This document shows positions 14,961-29,462 of a stretch of DNA of 64,000 bases, piece after piece (the first letter of the stretch is position 1; each line of letters starts with the position of its first letter). Under the pieces are notes generated by a model, which had not been told where the DNA came from, did no database searches, and saw only the letters and a program-made list of their open reading frames with translations. The position numbers and the translations under genes are program-made. The stretch is from contig OZ024751.1 of NCBI GenBank assembly GCA_964016885.1, positions 24,366,001 through 24,430,000 of the forward strand. Direction: 5' to 3'. Origin of the DNA: Eledone cirrhosa. Lineage: Eukaryota.

Positions 14961-16547
14961 GATCTATTAATAGATTCGATAGCTGAACCAAATAAAGAAA
15001 ATTAATCAGTAGATGCCACTAGCAATCTATCTGGTATTTTAAACAATATGAAACAATAACAAAAATATAGACGGCCTCTCTAATTAGAAGTTTATTATTA
15101 GTAACTAACCAAGGGCAGACGGCGAATTGGCAGAGTCGTTAGAAGGTCGGATAAAATGTTTTGCAGTATTTACTGCAGCTCTTTGCTCTCTGAATTCAAA
15201 TCCTGCCGAGGTCACCTTTGTCTTTCGTCCATTTAAGATCGATAAAAAAGTACTTGTTTAGAACTGGGGTCGATTCTTCCTTTATATCTCTTTCTCACTT
15301 CCTTTCTCTCACTTTCCATCTTTCTCTGGAAGAAATAATCTGTATTCAGACATGAAGAGGAGATGGGCTCTGCCAGGTTTTAAAATGCCCTAGAAATGCT
15401 GTATGTCAACATGGTGCCCCCTACGAATTCCTCGGGAGTTACTGTTCCATATATACATATAACCACAGATTGTTGGTTGCCAGTAATCAGTAGAGCATCT
15501 GACAACATGCTTTGCGGCATAGAGTTATGGTCCTTTACATTCTGAGTTCAAACCCCGCTGATGTTAGCTTTTCCTTTCCTCCTCACAGGGTCAATAAAAT
15601 AAAGTACCAGTAACACACTGGGTCAATTAACTATTTTGAAATAATTATCAACGCTCTACTAACAGTGTATGTATTCTACGGCTGCAATTCCAGCCAACTT
15701 CAAGAAGATATAAAACTATAAGTCAATTAAATAGACACCAGTACATTACTGGTACTTTATTTCATCGACCCCGTAAGGATGAAAGGCAAAGCTAACCTTA
15801 ACCGGATTTGAACTCAGAACGTAAAGGGATGTAACTATACGCAACAAAGTATGTTGTCCGACATTAATACTATAAATCATAATTGTTTCTACTTTTGGCA
15901 CAAGGCCAGCAATTATCCCTGTGCATTACTGGTACTTTATTTTATCGACCCCCTAAGAATGAAAGACAAAGTTAACCTCGGCGGGATTTGAACTCAGAAT
16001 GGCAAGGGCCGTAACTCTATGCGTCAAAGCATGGCGTCCGAGCCTCTACCGATACTGCCAATCCACCACCCTATAAATTATAATATATAATGTTAATGTT
16101 AGAGGAAACATTTAAAAGCCATAAATAGACTTACGTACACATAGACGAAGGATAAACATTGAAAGAAGCATTATAAAACGCTTCCTAGGTAAATATAAGA
16201 ATATGTAAATGGTTGGATGGACAGTTGAAATTCACTCTGGTAGATCTACCTCAACAAACACAGCTGAGAACAAATAACAACAACAACAACAGTATAATAG
16301 TCGCTTCTACTTTACGCACTAGGCCAGCAATTTGAAAGGGAGGGAAAACCGATTAAATCGACCCCAGTGTGTTACTGGTACTTTCTATTATCGACCCCGT
16401 AAAGGTTTAAGGCAAGCTGAGGTTAGCTAGTGTTCGAAATATAAATACACTTTTCCTACTATATCAAGCGTTAAACAAATATATATATATTTTCATTGTA
16501 CTGTATATATATATATACATACCGCCCCCCCCCCCCGCATATATATT

Positions 16548-16591
<44 letters not shown>

Positions 16592-16726
16592 GTAATAATA
16601 ATAAATTTGAAGACTAAAATCCAAAGAGGGCTCGATAAGGATAAATATATATCAAATATATAAGAACCGTAGAGCAAATATTTATTAAAATAACAGATTA
16701 AAGTTTAAGCAAAGAATGTTATTTAA

Positions 16727-16855
<129 letters not shown>

Positions 16856-16894
16856 ATATTAACAAATGGAAACTATATTTATAAAACCATATTT

Positions 16895-16958
16895 ATTTCA
16901 TTATACATATTTCAAGGGCCACCAGACCAAACTATGGTGCGCTTTCATCAGATAAAAT
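16895..16958 (-). ncRNA. Hammerhead ribozyme with canonical core (family E)
   Basis: Minus strand reads ATTTTAT-CTGATGA-AAGcgcacca...tggtggcCCTT-GAAA-TATGTA-TA-ATGAAAT. Confidence 0.65.
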
Positions 16959-17571
16959 ATAATATAGGTTAGTTTTATAAATAAATATTGACATACCCTT
17001 AAAAAATGCAACCATTCTGGATAGTGGAGTTATTAGATTTATTGTTGGTTTATTATGCAAATTAGTGTTGGAAAGTTTTAAAAACAGTATATTTAAATTA
17101 AGCCGTTGGAATAGGGAAAAAAAAAAATATTTTGCTTGTTGTATCCCAACAAATTAAATATAACCTCTACACACACACACACATATATATATATAAAAAA
17201 AAACATTTACTAATGGCTTATATCTATTTGTTGAAACCTATTTAAAATTGTCACATATGTTTCTGTATATATGTGAGTGTGTGTGAGAGAGAGGGACTAG
17301 GTGTGTACACCTGTCTGTATAAATATTTACATGTGTATTTATATATGTATGTATATGTGTGTGTGTGTGTGAGTTTGGGTGTGTGGAGGTATGTATCTGT
17401 GTGTAAATATATGTTTGTGTAAGAATGAGTATGTGTATTTAAATATTTGTTCACACAAATACAGACGTCATTAAGACAGGATATATTTGAGGACAAACAA
17501 AATTAATGTAAGCAAAAATAGAACAAAAAAAAAAAATAGAAATTGCAGAAAAGTATAGACATGATACAAAC

Positions 17572-17704
17572 CTCCACAGTTAAATATTTTCCTTACATTT
17601 GTGGTCGTTAAGTAGCCATTTCGCCTCAAAAAGTCGGCCAACTGACCACCAAATGGCACAATAATTGCCATAACAAGATGAGGTAGGGCGGATATGATGC
17701 CACT
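17572..17704 (-). CDS. VGLUT: VGLUT coding exon (133 nt): [44 protein letters not shown](G)
   Basis: ctttcttacag acceptor and GAG|gtttgt donor; [19 protein letters not shown] motif. Confidence 0.96.
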
Positions 17705-17779
17705 CTGTAAGAAAGAAGAGATAATGTTTAAAACAATGTAGTTAATACGAAGCAGTTGGAGTTATATAATTAATAGTTT

Positions 17780-18285
17780 CTTAACCATCTCGCCAACAAC
17801 AACTCTGAGCACCTTTTTGATCTCCATGTGTCTAACACGCGTGAACATGCCTCCAAAATCAGAAAACAGCACATCTCCCATGACTTTCGGAAACGTTTTT
17901 TCACGCTTAGACTTGCTGAAGCATGGAACAAACTGCCTGCATCAGTTGTTAGCTGTCGAGACACTGCATCCTTTAAAACCTCCATGGAACAAACTCCCTG
18001 CATCAGTTGTTAGCTGTCGAGACACTGCATCCTTTAAAACCTCCATGGAACAAACTGCCTGCGTCAGTTGTTAGCTGTTGATACACTGCATCCTTTAAAA
18101 CCCTCATGCTTCCCGAAATTAGCCAAAACTACAAGTGATGTACCCCTTCCATACACATGTACACATGTGTATATCATGACTCATGCACTGTTCATTTTCC
18201 TGACGTTTGTACATTACCCTATGTACTATACATACACGTTTTTATGAGTTGTAGTGCACCTGAGCACTGTACACAATATTTTCAT
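17780..18285 (+). mobile_element. CR1-group LINE 3' end with an internal 61-bp triplication (17922-18104)
   Basis: FRKRFFTLRLAEAWNKLPASVVSCRDTASFK C-terminal motif; (ATT)n tail. Confidence 0.75.
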
Positions 18286-18299
18286 TATTATTATTATTA

Positions 18300-18506
18300 T
18301 ATAGGCACAGTGCCAGTAATTTTGGGGGAGGGGAAAGTCGATTAAATCGACCCCAGTGCGTGACTGGTACTTTATTTTATCGACCCCGTAAGGATGAAAG
18401 GCAAAGTTAACTTCGGTGGGATTTGAACTCAGATCATAAAGGGCCATAACTCTATGCTGCAAAGCATGGCGTCCGACCCTCTACCTATACTGCCAATCCA
18501 CCGCCC
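18300..18506 (-). mobile_element. Meta-domain SINE copy
   Basis: Homologous to 13161-13380. Confidence 0.8.
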
Positions 18507-19019
18507 TTGTGAGATATGTAATATATGAGTGATAAATTTCAGAAAGCTGATACAATGTGGTAGAAATATATAAAGGGGCAAAAGGTGAAATATAAAAGAA
18601 AACAAAGTCATGTTTTACCTGCAGGCTACACCTCTTTCTTTCGCACCCCTCCCTCTCTCTCTCTTTCTCTCTCTCTCTCTCCTTCCCACATTTCTCTCTT
18701 TCTCACCTCACCTCTGTCTCTCTCTCTCCCTCCCACATTTCTCTCTTTCTCACCTCACCTCTGTCTCTCTCTCTCACACATTTCTCTCTTTCTCACCTCA
18801 CCCCTCTCTCTCTCTTTTAAATTTCTCTCTTTCACACCTCACCCCTCTCTCTCTCTCCACATTTCTCTCTTTCTCACTCACCCTCCCTCTTTCATTCCCA
18901 CAACACCCTCTCTTCCTTCCTCCCACCCCTCCCTCTCTTTCCTACCACACCTTCTTTTCCTACCATACCTTTTCTCTCCACCACCCATCTCTCTTTCTCA
19001 TCCCACCCTCCTTCTCCCC

Positions 19020-19500
19020 CACCCCCCCTCTCTATCCCACCTTTCTATTTTTCCCGCCACCCCCTCTCTATTCCCACTTTTCTTTCTTTCCCGCCACCGC
19101 CTCTCTATCCCACCTTTCTATTTTTCCCGCCACCCCCTCTCTATTCCTACCCTTCTATCTTTCCCGCCATCCCTGTCTATTCCCACATTTCTATCTTTCC
19201 CGCCACCCCTCTCTATTCCCACATTTCTATCTTTCCCGCCACCCACTCTCTATTCCTACCTTTCTATCTTTCCCGCCACCCCCTCTCTATTCCCACTTTT
19301 CTTTCTTTCCCACCAACCACCTCTCTATTTCCACCTTTCTATCTTTGCCGCCACCCCCTCTCTATTCCTACCTTTCTATCTTTCCCACCACCCCGTCTCT
19401 ATTCCTACCTTTCTATCTTTCCCACCAACCACCTCTCTATTCCCACCTTTCTATCTTTGCCGCCACCATCTCTCTATTCCCACCTTTCTATCTTTCCCAA
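19020..19500 (+). repeat. Pyrimidine-rich minisatellite
   Basis: Repeated ccacctttctatctttcccgccaccccctctctatt. Confidence 0.8.
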
Positions 19501-20894
19501 TCCTCTCTCTCTCTCTCTAGTCTCTCTCTCACTCTCTCGCCCTCTCTCCACATACATACTTTAATCTATATTTCCCTGTTTTTCTCTAATGTCTACATGA
19601 TTGCCCGTTACTTTGTATTATTGCACGACAACAGATTAAACTCTCACATCCTATGTTAAACTATATTCAATTATATCTTGAGCAGGTGCAACAGAAGAGA
19701 TCAGTTAGTCTTTGTTGACCCGAGGTATATATCATAATGTGATAAGCACTATTAACCTCTTATACAGATCATCTGATACAGGTTCACGACACTAGGTGAA
19801 TGAATGCTGCACAGAATGAAGTGTTCTGCCTAAAGACAGATTAAAGTGACATGCATTTATTTTATGAGCTAACGAATAATATGCTTTGTGAATATGATAG
19901 AATTAGCTGCCAAATCTGTCTAAAGAGAGCCACTATGTGGTTTCTTGACATGCTAGAAATAGCAACCAAATGTACCTCAAGCCACATTTTACGTTCTCAA
20001 TAAAAGATGAATGGTATCTTTGATAATAGTTTTGCTTGATCACGTCTGCTTGGGGCTAAACAGTAACAACGACGTCTATCTGTATACTACTCTCTTAAAA
20101 AGAGAGAAAACTGTTGCATATCCTATATATTGGTTTCTTATATAGGCAGACCAGCAATTTTGGGGGAAGGAAACGTCAATTAAATCGATCCGAGTGCGTG
20201 ACTGATGCGTGATGAAAGGCAAAGTTTAGCTGGGCGGGATTTGAACTCAGATCGTAAATGTTATTTTATAATTGTTTCTACTTTTGGCACAAGGCCAGCA
20301 ATTAATCCAGTGCAATACTGGTACTTTATTTTATCGATGCCGTATGGATGAAAGGCAAGTTAACCTCAGCGGGATTTGAACTCAGACCATAAAGGGCCGT
20401 AACTATTTGCAGCAAAGCATGGCGTCAGACCCTCTACCGATACTGCCAATCCACCACCCTTAATTATTTTATAATAATCCACAAATATATTTGAAATGTC
20501 CCTGCCAAAATTTAACTATGGAAAAATGCTAGGTGAATATAACCCTTTCTTAAAGATTTTAAGGTTTTGTGAAATATAATTGTGTTTATATTGGTTTTAA
20601 ATTGTAATTAAATTAAACTTCCTTTAATAATTTTATAAAGGACCCGTTTTGTCTTATGTTACAAATTCCTACTTAATAACTCAGATCATAAAGGGCCGTA
20701 ACTCTATATATTGATAGTACCACATGCACTATGGCTAAAAGTAAGCGGGATTGTTACGAATGAAACACCTTTTTTCATTGGTCTACGTTTGTCATTGATC
20801 TACCTCTTGTTATTGATTTTACATCTGGTCATTGGTCTAACTTTAGTCATTCATCTATTTGGCTAGATGTATCCAAGACTGAAATCAAAAGTTG

Positions 20895-21510
20895 TATTGG
20901 TGGTGGTGGTGGTGTTGTGGCGGTTGTGGTTGTGATGGTGGTGGTGGTACTGCGGTGGTGGTGGTGCTAGTGGTGGTTGTGGTGGTTGTGGTGGCGGTGG
21001 TGGTGGTGGTGGTGATGGTGATGGTGGTGCTGGTGGTTGTGGTGGTGGTTGTGGTGGTGGTTGTGGTGGTTGTGGTGGTGGTGGTGGTGGTTGTAGTGGT
21101 GGTTGTGGTGGAGATGGTGGTTGGAGTGGTGGTGGAGATGGTGGTGGTGGTTGTAATGCTGGTTGTGGTGGTGGGTGATAGTGGTGGTGGTGGTGGTGGT
21201 TGTCAATGTGCTGGTGGTGGTTGAGATGGTGGTTGTGGTTGGAGTGGTGATGGAGATGGTGGTGGTGGTGGTGGTTGTGGGCTTGGTTGTGGTGATGGCT
21301 GTGGTGGTGGTGGTAGTGGTTGTAATGCTGGTTGTGGTGGTGCGCGGTGGTGGTCATGGTGGTTGTGGTGGTGGTGGTGATGGTGGTGATGGTGGTAATG
21401 GTGATGGTGGTGGTGGTGGTGGTGGTGGTGGTGATGGTGATGGTGATGGTGGTGGTGGTGGTGGTGGTGATGGTGGTGGTGGTGGTGGTGATGGTGTTGG
21501 TGGTGTTGAC
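20895..21510 (+). repeat. (GGT)n-type low-complexity tract
   Basis: Degenerate ggt/gtt/gat triplets. Confidence 0.85.
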
Positions 21511-21567
21511 GATGGTAGTTTCGGCGTTGATCACGATGACATTGCTGCTACTGAATACGAGGATGAC

Positions 21568-21601
<34 letters not shown>

Positions 21602-22003
21602 CTAATCCTAGTTGCTGCCTGCTACTGTTGCTGATGATGCTGATACTGATGATGGTAATACTGATGACATTGATGGCAGTGGTGGTGGTGTTTGTGATGT
21701 TACCCTAATGTTTACATGACCTACGACTAAACATGCATAGCTCTCAACCTTCCACTGTGCGTTGTTGTTGCTGTTATTGTTGTTGCTGTTGCTGTGGGTG
21801 TTGTTGTTGTTATTTTTGTTGTTGCTGTTGTTGCTGTTGTTGCTGTTGTTGCTGTTGTCATTCTCCTAAATACTACGACACTCTGTCTAGGAAAGTTATC
21901 CTGTTACACATTCATATGGAAATATATGCATATTTATGGAGATATAACTCTACTTATGTACACACATGAATATAATGTGCATGCTTATATGTATGTATAT
22001 ATA

Positions 22004-22100
<97 letters not shown>

Positions 22101-22222
22101 CTATATATATATATATGTATACATATATAGATATATAGATATATGTATACATATATTATATATATGTATATGTATACATATATATATATATATGTATACA
22201 TATATTATATATATATATATAC

Positions 22223-22270
<48 letters not shown>

Positions 22271-22294
22271 TATATATACATATATATATACATA

Positions 22295-22344
<50 letters not shown>

Positions 22345-22416
22345 TACATATATATATATACATACATACATATATATACCCACAAATATACACACACTCA
22401 CACACACACATATATA

Positions 22417-22478
<62 letters not shown>

Positions 22479-22978
22479 TATAATAATAACGGTGATGACA
22501 GTGTTGTTGTTGGTGATGATGATGGCAGTGGTGCTGATGGTGGTGGTGGTGGTGGTGGAGGTGAGGTGAGGAGGTTGAGAAGGAAGATAGCATTATTATT
22601 AGAAACTTGCTGATAACACGATTGTTGTAGTAGTAGTTGTTGTTGTTGTTGTTGCTGTTGTTGTTGTTGTTGTTGGGATCAAGAATAACCTTGATCGAAG
22701 AGGTTCATGATCAAATTTATTCATCCGTGACCTTCTTGTCAAATTTAGAATATATGTAGTAAGTACACTATCCAACACAATCATCCTTATTTAAAGCATA
22801 TGATTTTCGAGATTCTTGGTTGCTATGTCTAGCATATAGAGACATCATATAGAGATACCGTCCTTCACCTTGATGTAGATTGTAAGCTCTCGGTTGTAAC
22901 AGATATGTGTGTGTGTATGTGTGTGCCTGTGATTGTACCTATTTGTAAGTGTGGGAGTGTGTGCCTCTGTTGGTGCCT

Positions 22979-23065
<87 letters not shown>

Positions 23066-23101
23066 TGTGCGTAAATGTGTATGAGTGTTTGATTCTGTGG
23101 C

Positions 23102-23138
<37 letters not shown>

Positions 23139-23173
23139 CTATGTGTGTGTGTATGAGTGCTTGTGTCTGTGGC

Positions 23174-23251
<78 letters not shown>

Positions 23252-24617
23252 TGTGTGTATGTATTCTTCTATGTAAAGGTCAGGTTATATCCTCGGTGTA
23301 ACTCAACCGTGCAGTGTTTTATACATGTGTGCAATATCACATAGAATCTATCAGTTTACTATTGAATTCCTGTAACCTAGATTGACCAATTGTGTGGAAA
23401 CAATAACTTTAGGCCAGTCACTAAAATGAAATTATTTCTATTGATTTAAAACACATGTCTGTATGCATGTTGAAGGGCCTGGCTTAGTGGTTAGGCTTCC
23501 TATCCTATTGATGGAAGATCAGTAGAATCGAAGCTCTGGTTGCAGCCATGCTAATGAATGCAATCCGGAATGTGCAACTAAGCACTCAATAAGGTAGTTT
23601 TACCTTAGAGTAATAACATTACATTTAGACAGCTTGACAAATTGAAGACTGAGACCGGTATCCAGTCGCAAGGACCATAGCAACGAGAATATATATATAT
23701 TGAACATTTTTCTCAGAATTTTCCCATAAATTATTTTCAAAAACTTTCCACAAATTCTTTTCTCAAATTTTTCTCAATATTTTTAAAACATTTCTTCAAA
23801 TGATTTTTTTAAATTTCCTCCAAAATTTTTCTGAATTTTTTTTAATAAATTTTCCTTAAAACGTCTTCAGTACTTTACCTCAAAATATTCTAAAAAATTT
23901 CTTTGAAATCCAAAATAAAATTCTTTGAAAAATTTATCCTTAAAGTCTTTTTCAAAATATTCTCATAATGTTTCCAAAATTTTCTTTAAATTATTTTCAG
24001 AAATATTCGTCTAAATTATTACAAGACCTTGGTTTTGTTTCGTTTAGAAATTTGTGGTGGAAATCTCCCAGCTGTTCATTGGCATCATCATATATATGAT
24101 TTATAATTTGAATAGATTTATGTTCGATCTCAAAATCTTGGATGACACTTATGCTAATGGATCTCTAAGAACAGCTTTTAACAGCCAACTACTGTTATAT
24201 AAATATATTTCTTTATCCGATATATATTTCGTTGGGTTTCAATGCCAACATTTATTATTACTTTTCTTGAAACTAAATACATCTCTTTTTGCTACATTTA
24301 TTTATGTAGTTCTCTATTTCTTTATTTCTATCGGTACTGGTTCATTTTCCAGTGTATTAAGTGGGTTAGACGAAGATAGGTGTGTATACCAGTTTCATTG
24401 ATGTTAAGAGACCGGGAGTTACAACATTATAAGATTTTCTTGGTCGGTGTCTAAGCGTTAATTCCCAGTTGCTGTTAATCTTCCTTTACATACAAAAGAA
24501 CTGGAGCAACGTGAAATCAAATATCTTGTTTTAGTAACACCTCATCCCGGCTGAGATTCGAACCCACGAACTTAAGGTCTGTCGCAGTTTACACGTCACA
24601 ATACTGCACCTAAAAAC

Positions 24618-24674
<57 letters not shown>

Positions 24675-24778
24675 TCTGTTTATATATATATATATACATA
24701 TATATACTCACTATGCTATGTATTGTAGTCCTGTGTTGATTTTCCTTGTTGACTATTAGTTGTATAGGGTATATATAC

Positions 24779-24864
<86 letters not shown>

Positions 24865-25369
24865 ACATATATGTATGTATGTATAAATGTATATGGTTGT
24901 GTGTGTGTACTAAGAAACTTGTAAAGTCCGGTGTCAATCTACAACGTTAGAATGTATTGAGCTATTATCATCATCATCACCACCACTACCAAACAACAAC
25001 AACAACAACAACAGCAACAACAGCAACAACAATAACAACATCATCAACAACAATAACAACACCGTCAACAACAACAACAGCAATAAGATATCATATAACA
25101 ACATTAGATATTATTGTCAGTGATCGACTTTAAGCAGATATTCCCCATCAATATGTAACACAAACAGAGGAACTTGTCATCAATGATTGCATTGAAACTG
25201 GATACCTTACACGATGGTTGAGTCTCTAATTGTCAATACACCTCCATATATACATACATACATATACATACACCTACACACACATACATACAAATACATA
25301 CATAAACATACACTTACACACACATATATACACATACATACACATACATACACATACATACACTTACAC

Positions 25370-25417
<48 letters not shown>

Positions 25418-25613
25418 ACACATATACATACACATAGATACACATATATATATACCTACACATATACATACACATACATACATATATATATATATACACA
25501 CACCTATATACACATAAACACACATATAACCACACATTTAAGTATTCATATACACAAAAGAACCCTTATAAATATAGAGACCAGCTATGCATTAACCTCT
25601 GGCAGTATATGTG

Positions 25614-25650
<37 letters not shown>

Positions 25651-25749
25651 ATATATACATATGGATATATCTGTGTGTGAATCTAATATGCATGTTTATA
25701 TAGGGACAGAGTGGAGAATAATAAATATATAAACAGACAGATAGACAGT

Positions 25750-25879
<130 letters not shown>

Positions 25880-26481
25880 CAGGTGGACAGCTAGATAGAG
25901 ATGGGGAGGGTGGGAGGTAGGGAGAGAGCGACAGTCGAAGAGACATACAGTCAGAGAGACAGATGCATTTGGATTAAGCCTGGTACCAAAGAGTGACTGA
26001 AGGTGTAATGGGAAGTTTTAGTATGTGTGAGGACAATAATAGTGTCAGCTATACTGACAGCTTATATATAAGCTGTAGTGACAGTTTATATGTAAACAGA
26101 TAATCTAGCCATGATATTGTCTTTTGTCGACTTTCATCACTAAGTCTCTATGTAATTATTTCTATGTTAAAACAGAATTTACTACAATTAGATGTTTTGA
26201 CATATGTGGTGGCCCTCGGTATCTTGAGTTCAAATCCTGCCAAGGCCAACTTTGTCTTTCATCTTTTCAAAGGTTTGATAAATAAATTGCCTGTCCATGG
26301 AATAATGGATGAGTCAAATGTGTTGTTTTGTGATATTAAATCCAGCTCTGTATTTTCTGAGTTCAAATTCTGGTCCTATCGCTCAGGATCTGCGCCCGAG
26401 AGATAGAATAAGCAATGGAGATCCCAATGAAAACATCGTTTCCTTGGCTCTAGCTTTCCATATATATACATATATATATAT

Positions 26482-26647
26482 AACGAAGGAAGTGTGGTAA
26501 GGAACCAGATGGACCATAACGCACCAGAGTACTCAATACTTAGGGTAGTATAATGGGTAATAGGAAAATATTCAAGACCTCGAAGGTCCAGAAATAGCCG
26601 TCGAAACGGCCTGAGTTCTGCCGTCGAGGTCTTAAACATTTTCCTAT
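26482..26647. mobile_element. Family A element in (TA)n, internally deleted
   Basis: Same tail (aacgaaggaagtgtggtaaggaaccag) and half-HHR gccgtcgaaacggc...gccgtcgaggtc. Confidence 0.75.
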
Positions 26648-26685
26648 ATATATATATATATATATGCATATATATATATATGTAT

Positions 26686-26737
<52 letters not shown>

Positions 26738-26797
26738 AGACAGTTAAATATCCAAATAGATAGACAGAGTTAGATAGACAGAGAGCGACAGAGAGAC

Positions 26798-26847
<50 letters not shown>

Positions 26848-26924
26848 GTAGATAGATAGATAGATAGATAGAGAGAGATAGATAGATAGATAAATAGGAA
26901 AGGTATTGGTTAAAGTATACTCAC

Positions 26925-27077
26925 CTGAGACACATTAAAATGGAACGCCTCTTTAAAGTAAGTCGGTTGCTCAATAATTAATAAATAAAATGTCCAACTA
27001 CGACAGAAGTTAGCGACCATGATAGCGTAGACGGGTTTAGACGTAAAGAACTTCTTCCATGGCGTATTTTGTGTGGT
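26925..27077 (-). CDS. VGLUT: VGLUT coding exon (153 nt): [51 protein letters not shown]
   Basis: tttctacag acceptor and CAG|gtgagt donor; [25 protein letters not shown] motif. Confidence 0.95.
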
Positions 27078-27333
27078 CTGTAGAAATAACGAAATTTAGT
27101 ATTATTTGCCAGACGAAAGAATTACAAAATCTATTAAATTCCGCATGTAGTGTAATGTGTAATGTAAATGTGAGACTGCTAAGAGTTGACCGGGTTAATG
27201 ATGTCTGATAGCCACTCATGTTTGAACGCAAACCAACAATTATGTTGACTTAATTATAAAGAAAAAAATATATAACTGATGCATAACGGCAACAATCACA
27301 AGATAAAATAGATTATCACAATGTGTGTGTGTT

Positions 27334-27419
<86 letters not shown>

Positions 27420-27439
27420 CATATATACATATATATATA

Positions 27440-27532
27440 TAGGGTGTCGCAAAAATGTATACACTCTTTGATTATACAGGCAATATTTATTAGAATGCTG
27501 TTGAAGTGTATATATATATATTTGAGCACACC

Positions 27533-27535
<3 letters not shown>
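27440..27535. mobile_element. Small Tc1/mariner-type MITE in (TA)n
   Basis: Imperfect TIRs agggtgtcgcaaa / tttgagcacaccctg; TA flanks. Confidence 0.45.
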
Positions 27536-27598
<63 letters not shown>

Positions 27599-27632
27599 AA
27601 TACGAACAGAAAAATTGTTAGATTTTACTTAC

Positions 27633-27763
27633 AACAACTTGTGCAGTTTCACCTATGGATGATTCTATATAATGTCGCTCCTCTTTTGTTATATGAGGAT
27701 GTGTTGACGGTTTTTCATGTGATAGTAGGTACCAACATATACCCCAAATTATACCCATCATAC
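27633..27763 (-). CDS. VGLUT: VGLUT coding exon (131 nt): (G)[43 protein letters not shown]
   Basis: ttttgtag acceptor and GTT|gtaagt donor; P..HP.I..EER.YIE motif. Confidence 0.94.
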
Positions 27764-27804
27764 CTACAAAATACGAATAGAGAACATATCAATATACAAA
27801 AATG

Positions 27805-27859
<55 letters not shown>

Positions 27860-27919
27860 AAAGTTCTTGCATTTTAAAAGGGTACATCAAAGCTTATTTG
27901 TAAAACTGTTATATATTGT

Positions 27920-27981
27920 ATTTTATCTGATGAAGGCATACCATAATTTAATTTGGTATCCCTGAAATATGTATAAAGAAA
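27920..27981 (+). ncRNA. Hammerhead ribozyme (family E copy)
   Basis: attttat-CTGATGA-AGG cATACCA...TGGTATc CCT-GAAA-tatgta-ta-aagaaat; one stem I mismatch. Confidence 0.55.
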
Positions 27982-28322
27982 TAAATATGGTTTTCTAAAT
28001 ATAGTTTCCATTTATTAATATCGTATATATATATATATATATATATAACAAAGGAATTGTGGTAAGGAACCAAATGGACCATAACGCACCAGAGTACTCA
28101 ATACTTAGGGTAGTAGAGGATATATATATATAATATAGAGAGTGGTAATTAGCAATGTAACCTACCAAGCATGCATAACGAGAAATGTATGTATGTATGA
28201 ACCTGTGCTAACTATAGATATCTGTTCTACATGTTTATATATACTCTTATATACCCATCACTCATTGAATACTTTCTGGATTTTAGGCTTTGTATTTATT
28301 ATTGCTTTATATATATATAAAA

Positions 28323-28535
28323 GGAACGATCGACTTTCGTCAAATCGGACCGAGGGAACAATGTTTCCGTTGGTCTTTCCAATTGCTAATACTATCTATC
28401 GGTCGCAACTCCAGGTAGAAGGAGCAACGTGAAATAAAGTGTCTTTCTCAAGGACATAACGCATCGCCTGGTCCAGGAATCGAACTCACAACCTTACGAT
28501 TGCGAATCCAATTCCCTAACCACTCAGCCACACAC
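28323..28535 (-). mobile_element. tRNA-derived SINE with CORE-like segment; near-identical copy at 50888-51100
   Basis: Minus strand reads gtggctgagtggttagg...gttcgattcc, then tgtccttgag.aagacactt; both copies sit between TA tracts. Confidence 0.75.
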
Positions 28536-28569
28536 CTTCATATATATATATATATATATATAGATAGAT

Positions 28570-28751
<182 letters not shown>

Positions 28752-29011
28752 TATCGTATTGTATTTTAAATTGAGTGTCACTAATTTCAGTGTTTAGCAA
28801 TTTTTATTCAACTCTATCATAGAAACAATTGTTAGACTGTAAATAAATTTCCTTGTTTATACTGTTGACCATGTTATTCTTCACCTTTTCAATTATATAT
28901 ATATATATATGTGTATATATGTATCTAAAAGGTAAACAGAAATAACAACACAATCGGTACAGTATATGTAAGGTATATATTAGGTTAACGCTTGATATAG
29001 CAGGAAAAGGG

Positions 29012-29047
29012 TCTTAACGTTTCGGACGCTAGTCCTTCATCAGAAGA
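29012..29047 (-). ncRNA. Minimal hammerhead ribozyme (family F); degenerate copy near 51210-51237
   Basis: Minus strand reads TCTT-CTGATGA-a-GGAC tagc GTCC-GAAACGTT-AAGA; stem III reduced to the palindrome AACGTT. Confidence 0.6.
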
Positions 29048-29271
29048 AAGACTGAGAAATAAAATAGATTAAGGGGACGGGCGGGATGGAATTGCAAAAA
29101 AAGTCTATAGATAAAAATAATAGGTCCATTCATGTTGACATATATACATACATACATATATATACATATATATATATGATATACATGTATATATGCTTGT
29201 GTGTGTGTGTTTGTGCCTCATGTGCATGCTTGTGTATGCGTGATATTTTCTATTTTAAATATCATACTTAC

Positions 29272-29358
29272 CAAAACAATAAAATCCGGAGCGCCAACCT
29301 AAATATTGCGTTAGAAGGCCTGACAAAGGCATGCCCAGTACTGCTCCAGCGTACGAAC
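29272..29358 (-). CDS. VGLUT: VGLUT coding exon (87 nt): (G)[28 protein letters not shown](G)
   Basis: gtttcag acceptor and TTG|gtaagt donor; SYAGAV..MPL.G motif. Confidence 0.95.
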
Positions 29359-29462
29359 CTGAAACAACAGAACACAAGAAACTGGTTTACCACTATTTAA
29401 AGTAAGTCAAGGAAAAGGAAGGTTAAAAGTTGACAGATTTGATAGCGTGGTGGATTAATAAT

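Noticed and set aside
20863-21708. Thr/His/Pro-rich and Gly/Val-rich long ORFs (also 2696-3322, 12802-13337, 18585-19659, 31227-32203)
   Set aside because: Low-complexity triplet or pyrimidine repeats open in several frames, with no splice or domain support.
28440-28535. tRNA genes (A/B-box sequences here and in other SINE heads)
   Set aside because: They are SINE heads that continue into SINE bodies, and no complete cloverleaf was seen.
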